DNA of 57,561 nt from an uncultured Muribaculaceae bacterium (GTDB lineage Bacteria; Bacillota_I; Bacilli_A; RF39; UBA660): the NCBI GenBank assembly GCA_964407685.1, contig CAYOWI010000004.1:1-57561 (forward strand), written 5' to 3'. Shown in pieces: positions 19,833 to 29,241 of the stretch; positions within the stretch are counted from its first letter, which is position 1, and each line of letters begins with the position of its first letter. A program made the position numbers and the translations under genes. The notes beneath the pieces are model-generated. The model ran no database searches, was not told the DNA's origin, and worked only from the letters and a program-made list of their open reading frames with translations.

Positions 19833-21108
19833 GATAATAATGTCGAGATTAGATGAAGAAGTTTATCATGAAACGTTAGAAAACGGTCTTGAAGTTTACC
19901 TTTACAAAAAGGAAGGATTTGTTAAGAAAGGAGCTTATTTTGTTACTAAATATGGTTCTGCTTGTAACGATTTTAAACCTATAGGAGAAGAAAAACAAGT
20001 AAGCTTTCCAAAGGGAATCGCTCATTTTTTAGAACATAAATTGTTTGAGTCGGAAGATAATGAAAAAGTGTTTGAAAAGTTTAAGAAAAACGGAGCGTAC
20101 TTAAATGCTTATACAAATCACTTTATTACTAATTATTATTTTTCGACGTCTAATAATTTTGATGAGTGTCTGACAGAACTCTTAGATTTTGTACAAAGCC
20201 CATATTTTACGGATGAAAACGTAGAAAAAGAAAAAGGTATTATTAATCAGGAAATAAACATGACCGATGATAGCATAGAAAGATATATGTATGAAAAAAT
20301 GTTTGATATTACTCTTATGGTTAATCCAAATAAGTATAAAACGATCGGTGATAAAGAAAACGTATCTAAAATAACTAAGGAAGACTTATATAGATGTTAT
20401 AATACTTTTTATCATCCATCAAACATGATTCTTGTTATATATGGTGATGTTAACGTAGAAAAGACCTTTGATTTAGTAAGGAAAAATCAAGCTTCTAAAA
20501 AATTTGAAAAACAAGAAGAAATAGAAGTTAAAGAATTTATCGAAGATGAAAAGGTATGTACTAATTATTTGGAAGAAAAAAGAAACGTAAGCACACCAAG
20601 AATAAGTATCTGTTATAAATTTAAAGAAAAGAAAAGAACTGGTGAAGATAGATTTAAAAGAAATTTATTTTATAACATTTTATTAGATATGAAATTTGGT
20701 GGAACCTCTTCGTTTGAAAAGGATTTAATAAAGAAAAAAATTATAAAAACTGAATTATCTTGGACATACTCTTACTTTGATGACGTTATGCTAGTTATGT
20801 TTGAATCAGATGTTTTAGATAAGGATAAACTAATTGATTTAGTTGATGCAAAGATAAGAGAAGATAATTTTGAAGAAAAGATTTTTGAACTAGATAGAAA
20901 AGCTCTTTTAACATCGATGGTAAAATGTTTTGAAAATCCTGGAGCTTTTGCAAACGTAATATTAAATAGTGTAACAAGACATGGTGAGATAATAAATAAT
21001 GCTTATGATATATATGAAAAATATAGCTTTGAAGAGTTTAAAGATAATTTTAAAAAATTAAACTTTGATAATAAATCTGTTTTATACGTTATAGGTAAGG
21101 AGGAGTAA
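19825..21108 (+). CDS. M16-family (insulinase/pitrilysin) zinc peptidase
   Basis: Inverted zinc motif HFLEH in GIAHFLEHKLFE. Overlaps the upstream M16-like gene. Confidence 0.8.
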   Translation: MDKIIMSRLDEEVYHETLENGLEVYLYKKEGFVKKGAYFVTKYGSACNDFKPIGEEKQVSFPKGIAHFLEHKLFESEDNEKVFEKFKKNGAYLNAYTNHFITNYYFSTSNNFDECLTELLDFVQSPYFTDENVEKEKGIINQEINMTDDSIERYMYEKMFDITLMVNPNKYKTIGDKENVSKITKEDLYRCYNTFYHPSNMILVIYGDVNVEKTFDLVRKNQASKKFEKQEEIEVKEFIEDEKVCTNYLEEKRNVSTPRISICYKFKEKKRTGEDRFKRNLFYNILLDMKFGGTSSFEKDLIKKKIIKTELSWTYSYFDDVMLVMFESDVLDKDKLIDLVDAKIREDNFEEKIFELDRKALLTSMVKCFENPGAFANVILNSVTRHGEIINNAYDIYEKYSFEEFKDNFKKLNFDNKSVLYVIGKEE

Positions 21109-21109
21109 G

Positions 21110-22009
21110 ATGTTAAAAATAGAAAACGTTACTAAATATTATGGTGATTTTAAAGCGGTTGATAATTTATCATTTACCGTTGATAAAGGAGAAATATTTG
21201 GACTTTTGGGAGTAAATGGTGCTGGAAAAACAACAACTTTTAGAATGATAATGAACTTAATTAGTCCAAGTAGTGGCAAGATTACTTTCAATGGTAAAAA
21301 AATAGATTATGATGTAACTGATAAAATAGGTTTTTTAACGGAAGAAAGAAGCCTTCTTACTAAACTTACCGTAAAAGAGCAAATTCTTTACTACGGGGCT
21401 TTAAAATCTTTAGATGAAGTAACTATTTTAAAAAGACTAGATAGGCTTCTTAAAAGGTTTGGGATAGAAGAGTATAAAGATAGAAAGATAAATACTTTAT
21501 CAAAAGGAAACCAGCAAAAAGTACAGTTTATTTCTGCTATTATAAACGAGCCTAAACTACTTATATTAGACGAACCGTTTTCAGGACTCGACCCAATAAA
21601 TGTAGAACTATTTAAAAGTGTTATATTAGAACTTAAAGAAAAAGGAACATCAATAATTTTTTCATCGCATAGAATGGATCATGTTGAACTATTTTGTGAA
21701 AAACTAGTTATTTTAGTTAAGGGAAAAGAAGTTCTTGGAGGATACTTAAAAGACATAAAAAAAGATTATAAGATAAAGAAAATCATCATAGAAGGTGATG
21801 TTAAACTAGCTGAGTTAAAAAAGATAGATGGCGTTATAAGTGCAATTAAGACGGCTTCTAGCTTTTGTGTTAACATAAAAGATGAAAGTTATACTAAATG
21901 TGTATTTGATTATTTAAAGACTAAAAAAAACATAACTAAGTTTGTTTTACAAGAGCCATCTTTAGAGGAGATATTTGTTGCAAAAGTAGGTGAAGCATAT
22001 GGAAAATAA
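21110..22009 (+). CDS. ABC transporter ATP-binding protein (NatA-like)
   Basis: Walker A GVNGAGKTT, signature LSKGNQQK, Walker B LLILDEP. Confidence 0.85.
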   Translation: MLKIENVTKYYGDFKAVDNLSFTVDKGEIFGLLGVNGAGKTTTFRMIMNLISPSSGKITFNGKKIDYDVTDKIGFLTEERSLLTKLTVKEQILYYGALKSLDEVTILKRLDRLLKRFGIEEYKDRKINTLSKGNQQKVQFISAIINEPKLLILDEPFSGLDPINVELFKSVILELKEKGTSIIFSSHRMDHVELFCEKLVILVKGKEVLGGYLKDIKKDYKIKKIIIEGDVKLAELKKIDGVISAIKTASSFCVNIKDESYTKCVFDYLKTKKNITKFVLQEPSLEEIFVAKVGEAYGK

Positions 22010-23324
22010 GTTTAAGTTTTTAACTAAACATAGTTTAAAAAAGAAGATAAAAAACAAGTGGTTTTTAATCGCAAACATAATAGTTGCATTAGTTGCTATA
22101 GCGCTTGTTAACATTGATTCTATAGTAACGATGTTCGGCGGTGATTTTAATAAACCACTTAAGATAAACGTGGTAGATAATACGGGTTATTATGAAACTG
22201 TAAAAGATGGATTAAAAGGTGTTGAAAGCTATCTTGGAACTTCGAAACTTAAGATATCTAAAGTATCAGATGTAAAAAAAGCTAAGAAAAAACTATCAGG
22301 TACGGATGACATATTACTTGTTATAAATCCTGATAGCAATAATGTCTATAGAGTTGAGTTCATAACGGATGCTTACGTAGATGCCGTTAAATATCAAGCA
22401 ATTATATCCAGTTTGAATGCAACCAAGCAAAGTATTGCGCTTGATTTATCTGGTATAGATAAGGATAAATTAAATCAAATTTCATCGGCAGTTGAAATAA
22501 AAAGAAGTTTTATAAACGAAGAAAAAACCGAAGATGAGGAAAATACCAGAACGCTTTTATCAGTTGCATCACTTGTAATAGCTCTTCCTTGTTTCATGCT
22601 TATCATGTACTTAGTTCAGATGATAGGAGCTGAAATAAATGAGGAAAAATCAACGCGTGGAATGGAAATTATAATAGGAAACGTATCTCCTAAAACACAC
22701 TTCTTTTCTAAAATTTTATCTAGTAATTTATTTGTTTTAATCCAAGGCGTTTTACTTATATTATATAGTGGTATAGGGTTAATAATTAGAAAATTAACGA
22801 CTAACTCACCATCTGGTGGTATGAGTGCTATAAAAGATGTTGCAAATAAACTTGATTTATCTGGTGTGTTTGAAATGATAGAAAATAGCGGGATAATAAA
22901 TAAGCTGGGATATATAATACCGCTTATTATAATTTTATTGTTACTAAGCTTTTTAGCATATTCGCTTTTAGCAGGAGTACTAGCTTCTATGACAACCAAC
23001 ATGGAAAATTATCAGCAACTTCAAACTCCACTTATGGTAATTAGTTTGGCAGGATTTTATTTAATAATAATATCTGCTATGTTTCCGGGGGCTTTATTCG
23101 TTAAAATAGCAAGCGTTATACCACTTATGTCTATTTCACTTGCTCCGAGTCTTCTTCTTTCTGGAGAAATAGGAGTAGGTCTTATAATTGTAGCAATAGT
23201 GTTACTTATGATACTTAATTTTGTTTTAATTAAGTTTGGCCTTAAAATATACAAAGTTGGTATCTTAAATTATTCAGAAACTAACCTTTGGAAAAAAATG
23301 TTTAAAGCAATCAAAGAAAAGTGA
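21999..23324 (+). CDS. ABC-2 type transporter permease (NatB-like)
   Basis: N-terminal TM helix, a large extracytoplasmic loop, then a cluster of about 5 TM helices. Overlaps the ATPase gene. ATG follows AGGTGA. Confidence 0.7.
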   Translation: MENKFKFLTKHSLKKKIKNKWFLIANIIVALVAIALVNIDSIVTMFGGDFNKPLKINVVDNTGYYETVKDGLKGVESYLGTSKLKISKVSDVKKAKKKLSGTDDILLVINPDSNNVYRVEFITDAYVDAVKYQAIISSLNATKQSIALDLSGIDKDKLNQISSAVEIKRSFINEEKTEDEENTRTLLSVASLVIALPCFMLIMYLVQMIGAEINEEKSTRGMEIIIGNVSPKTHFFSKILSSNLFVLIQGVLLILYSGIGLIIRKLTTNSPSGGMSAIKDVANKLDLSGVFEMIENSGIINKLGYIIPLIIILLLLSFLAYSLLAGVLASMTTNMENYQQLQTPLMVISLAGFYLIIISAMFPGALFVKIASVIPLMSISLAPSLLLSGEIGVGLIIVAIVLLMILNFVLIKFGLKIYKVGILNYSETNLWKKMFKAIKEK

Positions 23325-23451
23325 TTTTTTTATCACTTTTTTTGTATTTTTCGCGTGATTTTAAAAGTTATATATAATAAGTAAAGTAGGAAGTAGTAAA
23401 AAAACTAGCTTTGTTTTCCATCCAACGTGAATAAGAAGGGTGGTGGTATTT

Positions 23452-23541
23452 ATGAGGTTTAGATTTGAAATAAAATTTAGTCCAAAATTAATTATCATTC
23501 TTGCAGCTTTAATAGTACTAGTTATTATTTTTAGTATATAA
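23452..23541 (+). CDS. 29-aa hydrophobic peptide (candidate type I toxin-like), locus A
   Basis: MRFRFEIKFSPKLIIILAALIVLVIIFSI*. Strong SD GGGTGGTGG at 23438-23446 with 5-nt spacing. Not in the ORF track because it is too short. Confidence 0.45.
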   Translation: MRFRFEIKFSPKLIIILAALIVLVIIFSI

Positions 23542-23622
23542 GAAAAACAGAGTTAGTATGTAACTAGCTCTGCTTTTCATTTTTAACCAAATTGGAAAAC
23601 AACTAGTAATGCTGCTTCCTTC
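23541..23622 (-). ncRNA. predicted ~80-nt convergent small RNA (candidate antitoxin), locus A
   Basis: Minus-strand promoter: TTGAAT (23657-23652), 17-nt spacer, extended -10 TGTATAAT (23636-23629). The transcript would run into the shared hairpin. Confidence 0.3.
23548..23580. terminator. bidirectional terminator hairpin, locus A
   Basis: CAGAGTTAG / CTAGCTCTG stem (one G-U) with a 7-nt loop. An A-run lies upstream and a T-rich run downstream. Confidence 0.55.
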
Positions 23623-23717
23623 ATTTATATTATACAATAGTAACTATGTTTATTCAATATATTATTGAAATAAAAATAAAAATGAATTACAATATTATTT
23701 AAGGGAGGTTTGCCTTT

Positions 23718-25016
23718 ATGAAAGAAATAAATATTTTACCGGCTGATACTTTTATGGTGGTAAACCGCACTATATTAAATGAATATGATAGAAAACTAAT
23801 TAGTATGCTTTATCAACCTATAATAGGCAGTATAGCAACAAGTCTTTATTATACTTTATGGGCCGATTTAGATAAAACTGAGCTTTTAAGTGGAGATTTT
23901 ACGCATCATCATTTAATGACTAGTTTAAGAGTTAAAATGGATGCTATAGTAACCGCAAGAAAAAAACTAGAGGCAATAGGGCTTTTAAAAACTTTTGTTA
24001 AAACGGGAATGTCTAACTCATATGTTTATGAGATGTTTTCACCTATATCAGCATATGAATTTTTCAATCATCCTATTTTGAACATAGTACTTTATAATAA
24101 CGTTGGTAAAAAAGAGTATGAAAATATATTAAAGTATTTTAAAGTACCTAAAATTAACTTGTCATCTTACGAGGAAATTACAAGTAGGTTTGATGAAGTA
24201 TTTGAAAGTGCGCCAGGTACCTTGTTTAATAATTTAAATGAAGATTTAAGAGTTAATAAAACTGGGCAAATTAAAATTGATAATAGTTTTGATTTCGATT
24301 TATTAATATCTTCCGTTCCAAGTGGAATAATTACAAATAAAACTTTTAGTCGTGAAGTAAAAGAATTAATTAATAACCTATCTTATGTATATAACCTTGA
24401 TGCTTTAGAGATGAAATCATCTATTTTAAACTCCATTAAAGAAAATGGACTTATAGATAAAAATTTACTTAGACGAAACGTAAGAAATTACTATAAATTT
24501 GAAAATGAAAATAAGCTTCCATCATTGATATATAAAAGTCAACCAGAGTATTTAAAAAATCCGGTAGGATCTTCTGATAAAAGGGCAAAAATGGTTTATG
24601 TATTTGAAAATACTAGTCCTTATAATTTCCTTAAGGGAGCTAATAAAGGCGTAAAACCAACAGCGAGAGATCTTGGAATATTAGAGTCTTTACTTAGTGA
24701 TTTTAAGTTAAATCCTGGAGTTGTTAATGTTTTAATAGATTATGTTCTTAAAATTAATAATAAAAAATTGACTAGAAGCTATTTGGAAACCATTGCATCA
24801 CAATGGAAAAGACTTAATGTTGAAACAGTAGAAGAAGCAATGAAAGCTGCTGAAAAAGAATATAAAAGGGAAAATAAAGGTGGTCAAAATAAACCGTTAT
24901 CTAAAGTTATAAAGGAAGAAAAGTTACCAGATTGGTTTAATCAAAACATAAAAAAAGAAAAAATAAGTGAGGAAGAAGAAAAATCCCTTAAAGATATGTT
25001 AAAGGAATTTTCATAA
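23718..25016 (+). CDS. dnaB: replication initiation / helicase-loading protein DnaB (Bacillus-type, DnaD-like domains)
   Basis: The N-terminus NILPADTFMVVNRTILNEYDRKLISMLYQPIIGSIATSLYYTLW and the C-terminal DnaD-like block LNPGVVNVLIDYVLKINNKKLTRSYLETIASQWKR are typical. dnaI lies downstream. Confidence 0.7.
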   Translation: MKEINILPADTFMVVNRTILNEYDRKLISMLYQPIIGSIATSLYYTLWADLDKTELLSGDFTHHHLMTSLRVKMDAIVTARKKLEAIGLLKTFVKTGMSNSYVYEMFSPISAYEFFNHPILNIVLYNNVGKKEYENILKYFKVPKINLSSYEEITSRFDEVFESAPGTLFNNLNEDLRVNKTGQIKIDNSFDFDLLISSVPSGIITNKTFSREVKELINNLSYVYNLDALEMKSSILNSIKENGLIDKNLLRRNVRNYYKFENENKLPSLIYKSQPEYLKNPVGSSDKRAKMVYVFENTSPYNFLKGANKGVKPTARDLGILESLLSDFKLNPGVVNVLIDYVLKINNKKLTRSYLETIASQWKRLNVETVEEAMKAAEKEYKRENKGGQNKPLSKVIKEEKLPDWFNQNIKKEKISEEEEKSLKDMLKEFS

Positions 25017-25027
25017 ATGGTGGTTAT

Positions 25028-26236
25028 ATGGGAGTGTTTAATGTTATTGATTTAAACGGCTATACTAAAATAGGTAATTTAACAACTGAAAATCATAGTA
25101 ATGTTAAGAGTACTAAATATTTTCCTATATATGAAATTAATGGCAAAAAAATGATTTATAAACCATTATCTAAAACCAAACCTTTTACAACGCCTTTTTT
25201 TAGTTATAGTGAGGTTTATTGGTCTTATATAATTAATAAGTATTTTGACTATAATGCGCCAAGATATTATTTAGCGAAAAATGGTGATGTGGAAGATAAG
25301 TATTATGATAAGGGCGTGCTTGTAGAAGATATTAATAAAGCCGGATTTAAATTAATAAACTTATATGATTATTTTATTAAATATCCAGATGAAAAGGTTA
25401 ATATAAAAGATTATATTAACTATTGTATGAAGACGTATGATTATACCAAGATTCTTAGCAGTAGTTTGGTTGCTAAAAATGAATTGATTGGTAAGGAAAT
25501 TGCGTATCAAATCTTATTATCAATTCTTAGATTGGATCAAAATTATCATTATGAAAACATAAACTTTCATGAAAATAATAGTAAGTTATTAGTGGCACAA
25601 CCAATTGATTTTGAGTTTTCTACATTTTTTCTTTATCCAGATGACATTAATAGGTATCAAAGATATAAAATTACTATATCAAGCACTTTAAAGGTTAAAT
25701 ATGGTGATGATTTTCAAATGGCTTTTCAAAAGCTCTTTATGGAAAATGATTTTGATTTAGTTGAAACTATGACTAAAAATATTTGCATAATCATTAAAAT
25801 GTATCCTGATGAGGTTAAAGAGTTTTTGAAGAAATTAGATAAATATATTGATGAATTTGACTTTAAAGTATTTGAGGATCCTGATATGTATATTGGAAAG
25901 TTAAATTCTAATTCATGGGAAATAGGACATGCTTTTTTTAAAGATAAGGATATGAATAAATATGAAGTTTTAAGACAAGAAATAAAGGAAGTAGAAATTG
26001 ATAAGAAAAAGGTGTTTGATAGGATATCAAATGATATATTAGAACATGCAAAAAAACTTAGCTTGTTATTAAAGATATATATGCAAGCAAGAAGTGTTGG
26101 AATTGAAGACTTAGAACATTTAACCATTAAAAATTTGCTAGAGGTAAATAAAATATATGGTGATTGTGATATCATTGATATAGATTTAGGAACTAATAGT
26201 ATAAAGACCATAAAAAGAAATGCTAGTAATAGGTAA
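25028..26236 (+). CDS. hypothetical 402-aa protein (weak kinase-like motifs) between dnaB and dnaI
   Basis: Intact ORF with an RBS. Motifs MIYKPLSK, LDQNYHYEN and PIDFEFS faintly recall the Lys, catalytic-loop and DFG-like elements of HipA/APH-type kinases. Confidence 0.5.
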   Translation: MGVFNVIDLNGYTKIGNLTTENHSNVKSTKYFPIYEINGKKMIYKPLSKTKPFTTPFFSYSEVYWSYIINKYFDYNAPRYYLAKNGDVEDKYYDKGVLVEDINKAGFKLINLYDYFIKYPDEKVNIKDYINYCMKTYDYTKILSSSLVAKNELIGKEIAYQILLSILRLDQNYHYENINFHENNSKLLVAQPIDFEFSTFFLYPDDINRYQRYKITISSTLKVKYGDDFQMAFQKLFMENDFDLVETMTKNICIIIKMYPDEVKEFLKKLDKYIDEFDFKVFEDPDMYIGKLNSNSWEIGHAFFKDKDMNKYEVLRQEIKEVEIDKKKVFDRISNDILEHAKKLSLLLKIYMQARSVGIEDLEHLTIKNLLEVNKIYGDCDIIDIDLGTNSIKTIKRNASNR

Positions 26237-26246
26237 GGAGTTTGTT

Positions 26247-27173
26247 ATGGAAAATATTAATAAGACGATAAAAAATAATAAGGATTTGAATTATAAGTTA
26301 AAATTATCTTATGAAGAGGCAAAAAAAGATAATAATTTTAAAGAATTAGTATCAAAAATAAATTTATCTGATGATGAGCTTATGAAATATACATCTAGTA
26401 TAGAAGACTCTGCAATAGAATATGAAAATTGTAAAACTTGTAAAGGTCTTTTAGCGTGTAAAAATAACATGCATGGTTATTGTTATTTACCAGTTTTAAA
26501 AGATGGTAAACTAAGTTTTTCTTATGTTGCTTGCCGTTATAAAAATAAGGTTTTACAAGATAATAAATATCAAAAAAACGTAACTAGTTTTGATGTTCCT
26601 AAAGAAATTAAAGAGGCTAAAATAAAAGATATATATACTGATGATAAAAACAGACAATTAGTAATAAAATGGATATTAAACTATATTAAGGAATACAAGA
26701 AAGGTAATTATGGGAAAGGTTTATATTTACATGGTAACTTTGGCTGCGGAAAAACTTATTTAATAGCGGCATTATTTAACGAACTTGCTAAAGAAGGCGT
26801 TAAAAGTGCTATTGTTTATTGGCCTGAGTATTTACGTTCTTTAAAATCTAGTTATTCATCTAGTAGTAGTGATGAGTTTAAAGATAAATATAATGAAGTT
26901 AAATATGCAAAATTACTTCTTATTGATGATTTAGGAGCGGAAGGTGTTACTTCATGGAGCCGTGATGAAATATTAGGAACTATTTTACAATATAGAATGC
27001 AAGAAGGACTTCCAACGTTTATTACATCTAATTTAAATATTAAGGAATTAGAAGAACATTTAAGTACATCAACTAATAATAAATCGGAAAGAGTAAAAGC
27101 GGTTAGAATAATAGAGAGAATAAAACAGTTAATGATTGATACAGAAATGATAGGACAAAATAATAGAAAATAG
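26247..27173 (+). CDS. dnaI: primosomal helicase loader DnaI
   Basis: N-terminal Cys-rich zinc module (CKTCKGLLACKN...CY). AAA+ Walker A GNFGCGKTYL and Walker B LLLIDDLGAE. ATG at 26247 follows AAGGAG. Confidence 0.85.
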   Translation: MENINKTIKNNKDLNYKLKLSYEEAKKDNNFKELVSKINLSDDELMKYTSSIEDSAIEYENCKTCKGLLACKNNMHGYCYLPVLKDGKLSFSYVACRYKNKVLQDNKYQKNVTSFDVPKEIKEAKIKDIYTDDKNRQLVIKWILNYIKEYKKGNYGKGLYLHGNFGCGKTYLIAALFNELAKEGVKSAIVYWPEYLRSLKSSYSSSSSDEFKDKYNEVKYAKLLLIDDLGAEGVTSWSRDEILGTILQYRMQEGLPTFITSNLNIKELEEHLSTSTNNKSERVKAVRIIERIKQLMIDTEMIGQNNRK

Positions 27174-27197
27174 CAGGAATAATAATTTCTGCTATTT

Positions 27198-28088
27198 TTA
27201 GTTGAATAAATTATTAATTTCTATATCAGTAAATAAATTTAACCCTATATCTGGTATTTTATTATAATTCAAGTTTGCATTTAATGCCTGTGCATATAAT
27301 AAATGTTTTTGCCATAGAGGGTAATTTTCGTTTTTTAAATTTTTAATATTTGAAAAATCTTGTAAAAACTTTTTATATGAATTAGTTAAATACATACAGG
27401 CATAACCTTTATCAGTTAATTTTAGTATTAATGTATTTGTTAATATATCTATATAATATAAAGGACCATTTGGTAAGACTATTAATATGAAACCCATGAT
27501 AATTGATATATCTAAATCATTAAACGGATTACTAACATATAAATAAGTAAAAATAAGAAATATTATACTACTAAAAAAGAAATAGAATTTAAAAAAACTA
27601 AGATCTTTTTTATCGTAAGCTAAACCTTTTTCTAATATATCTTCTTTTACACATTCATTGTATTGTTTTTTACTGAAAATTTTTTTATCATTGCTATCAA
27701 TATAATTTAATATATAATTCTCTGCGTTTGAAAGATTACACATCTTATCTATTCTAGTTATTATAATTTTATTATTTTCTTTTTTTATATCAATTAATCC
27801 TTTAAGATTTAGCTGCATTAAAATTAGTTTAATATTCTTTTTTGATGAAAAATTTTTATTATTTAAAAATAAAATATCATTGACGTCTAAAAATTCAGGA
27901 ACTTCTCTAATAAATTTATAGTTAAAGTTTAATTTTTTAAAATATTTCTTAGAAATTATTTTATTTCTTATTAAGAGTATTAAAATGCTTAATAATATAA
28001 AAGAGATGGATATTAAAATCGCTTTCCATCCACCAGTAGCTAGATAAATAGGATAAAGAAGTATAAAAAATAGTAATAAAATACTCAT
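27198..28088 (-). CDS. hypothetical membrane protein (DUF2207-like C-terminus)
   Basis: N-terminal and central TM helices. A C-terminal LWQKHLLYAQALN-type motif. Convergent with dnaI, with a shared hairpin at about 27173-27197. Confidence 0.45.
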   Translation of the reverse strand: MSILLLFFILLYPIYLATGGWKAILISISFILLSILILLIRNKIISKKYFKKLNFNYKFIREVPEFLDVNDILFLNNKNFSSKKNIKLILMQLNLKGLIDIKKENNKIIITRIDKMCNLSNAENYILNYIDSNDKKIFSKKQYNECVKEDILEKGLAYDKKDLSFFKFYFFFSSIIFLIFTYLYVSNPFNDLDISIIMGFILIVLPNGPLYYIDILTNTLILKLTDKGYACMYLTNSYKKFLQDFSNIKNLKNENYPLWQKHLLYAQALNANLNYNKIPDIGLNLFTDIEINNLFN

Positions 28089-28265
28089 ACAATCACCAAA
28101 TAAATTATAATTCAGATTTTTTCATAATGCAATATGAATAATATTCTGTGTAAAGCAACTAGGTAATATAATAAATTATTTATTTGATCTCTATAATTGA
28201 CTTAAATTATAATTTGTAGTATTATTTTGGTATAAATGCGATTGATGAAGACATGATTGTATAAT

Positions 28266-28445
28266 GATGTTTAAAAGAGAGTCTATGATGGTGGAAATTA
28301 GGCAAACTATTTATATGATTACTACTTCTTTAGCAGGACTCGAAAGAGAATCCCGTGTTTAAACAAACACGTTATCAAATTAAGTTAAAGGTAAGGATGG
28401 TACCGTGCAAAAAGCACTCCTTTGGTATTATCCTTTTTATTTTTC
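28266..28445 (+). promoter_or_regulatory. T-box riboswitch leader, probable Thr (ACU) specifier
   Basis: AGAGAG box and a GGTGGAA distal-loop element. Candidate specifier GATT-ACU-A at about 28321-28324. T-box-like AAGGATGGTACCGTG (28393-28407). Terminator AAGGATGGTACC / GGTATTATCCTT (two G-U pairs) followed by TTTATTTTT. Extended -10 TGTATAAT at 28258-28265. Confidence 0.75.
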
Positions 28446-28461
28446 GAAAGGAAGTGAAAAA

Positions 28462-29241
28462 ATGGTAGAAAAATGGAAACTTGCTTTAAAAGAATTTTTA
28501 AAGAAGTATGAAGAAGATGATGATGTTATAGGAGCAATACTTTGTGGTAGTTATGCAACTGGTAATTATAATGAAAATTCAGATATTGATGTTCACTTGA
28601 TTTTAAAAAATAGCGTGAATTATACTGAAAGAGGGAATGTAGATTCTAATAGTTATTTAATAGAGTACTTTATGAATCCTGTATGGAAATATAAAGAGTA
28701 CATGAAAGAAAACTATAATAAAAATATACTTACTATGGCAAATATGTTAGCATATGGGAAAATAATATATGACTTAGATGGGAGTGTAAAACAATTACAG
28801 GATTTAGCTTTAGAATATATTGATAAATCATTTAATGTCATTAAACCTGATAATTTAGATATGAATAATTATCATATATGGGATGATTTAGATGAATTAA
28901 AGGTGTGCTTAAAAGAAAATAATCCGCAGTTTAATTTAATTTATTATGATTTATTAGAACAAGTTTATGATGCTTATTCAGAATATTTAAGTATTCCAAG
29001 ACTTCCAAAAACTAAGATTTATAAAATATTAACAGATGAAGATTTTAGAAGACGATATCATGTATTTAAACTGCCGGAAGATGAATTTATTGATTTATAT
29101 ATAAAATGCTTTGAGGTAGATAAACCTGATAAAATGTATAAGAATATCGAAGAATTAATAAATTATTATTATAAGAGGCAAGGCGGTTTTAACATTAGAC
29201 AGTTTAAACTAAGAACAGAGTTAAAGGAGGAAGAGTTATGA
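28462..29241 (+). CDS. nucleotidyltransferase-fold protein (KNTase/ANT-like)
   Basis: [25 protein letters not shown] matches the GS-x(9-10)-DxD polymerase-beta-type NTase signature. ATG at 28462 follows GAAAGGAAG. The stop overlaps the thrS ATG (ATGA). Confidence 0.65.
   Translation: MVEKWKLALKEFLKKYEEDDDVIGAILCGSYATGNYNENSDIDVHLILKNSVNYTERGNVDSNSYLIEYFMNPVWKYKEYMKENYNKNILTMANMLAYGKIIYDLDGSVKQLQDLALEYIDKSFNVIKPDNLDMNNYHIWDDLDELKVCLKENNPQFNLIYYDLLEQVYDAYSEYLSIPRLPKTKIYKILTDEDFRRRYHVFKLPEDEFIDLYIKCFEVDKPDKMYKNIEELINYYYKRQGGFNIRQFKLRTELKEEEL

Noticed and set aside
25726-26211. 161-aa minus-strand ORF inside the unknown 402-aa gene.
   Set aside because: It is a shadow ORF with a low-complexity S/F/I/L translation and no RBS. 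The + strand ORF has an RBS and fits the dnaB-dnaI operon spacing.
28405-28461. GTG-initiated N-terminal extension of the nucleotidyltransferase ORF (track start 28405).
   Set aside because: The extension starts inside the T-box/terminator helix. The ATG at 28462 has a proper GAAAGGAAG RBS after the terminator T-run.
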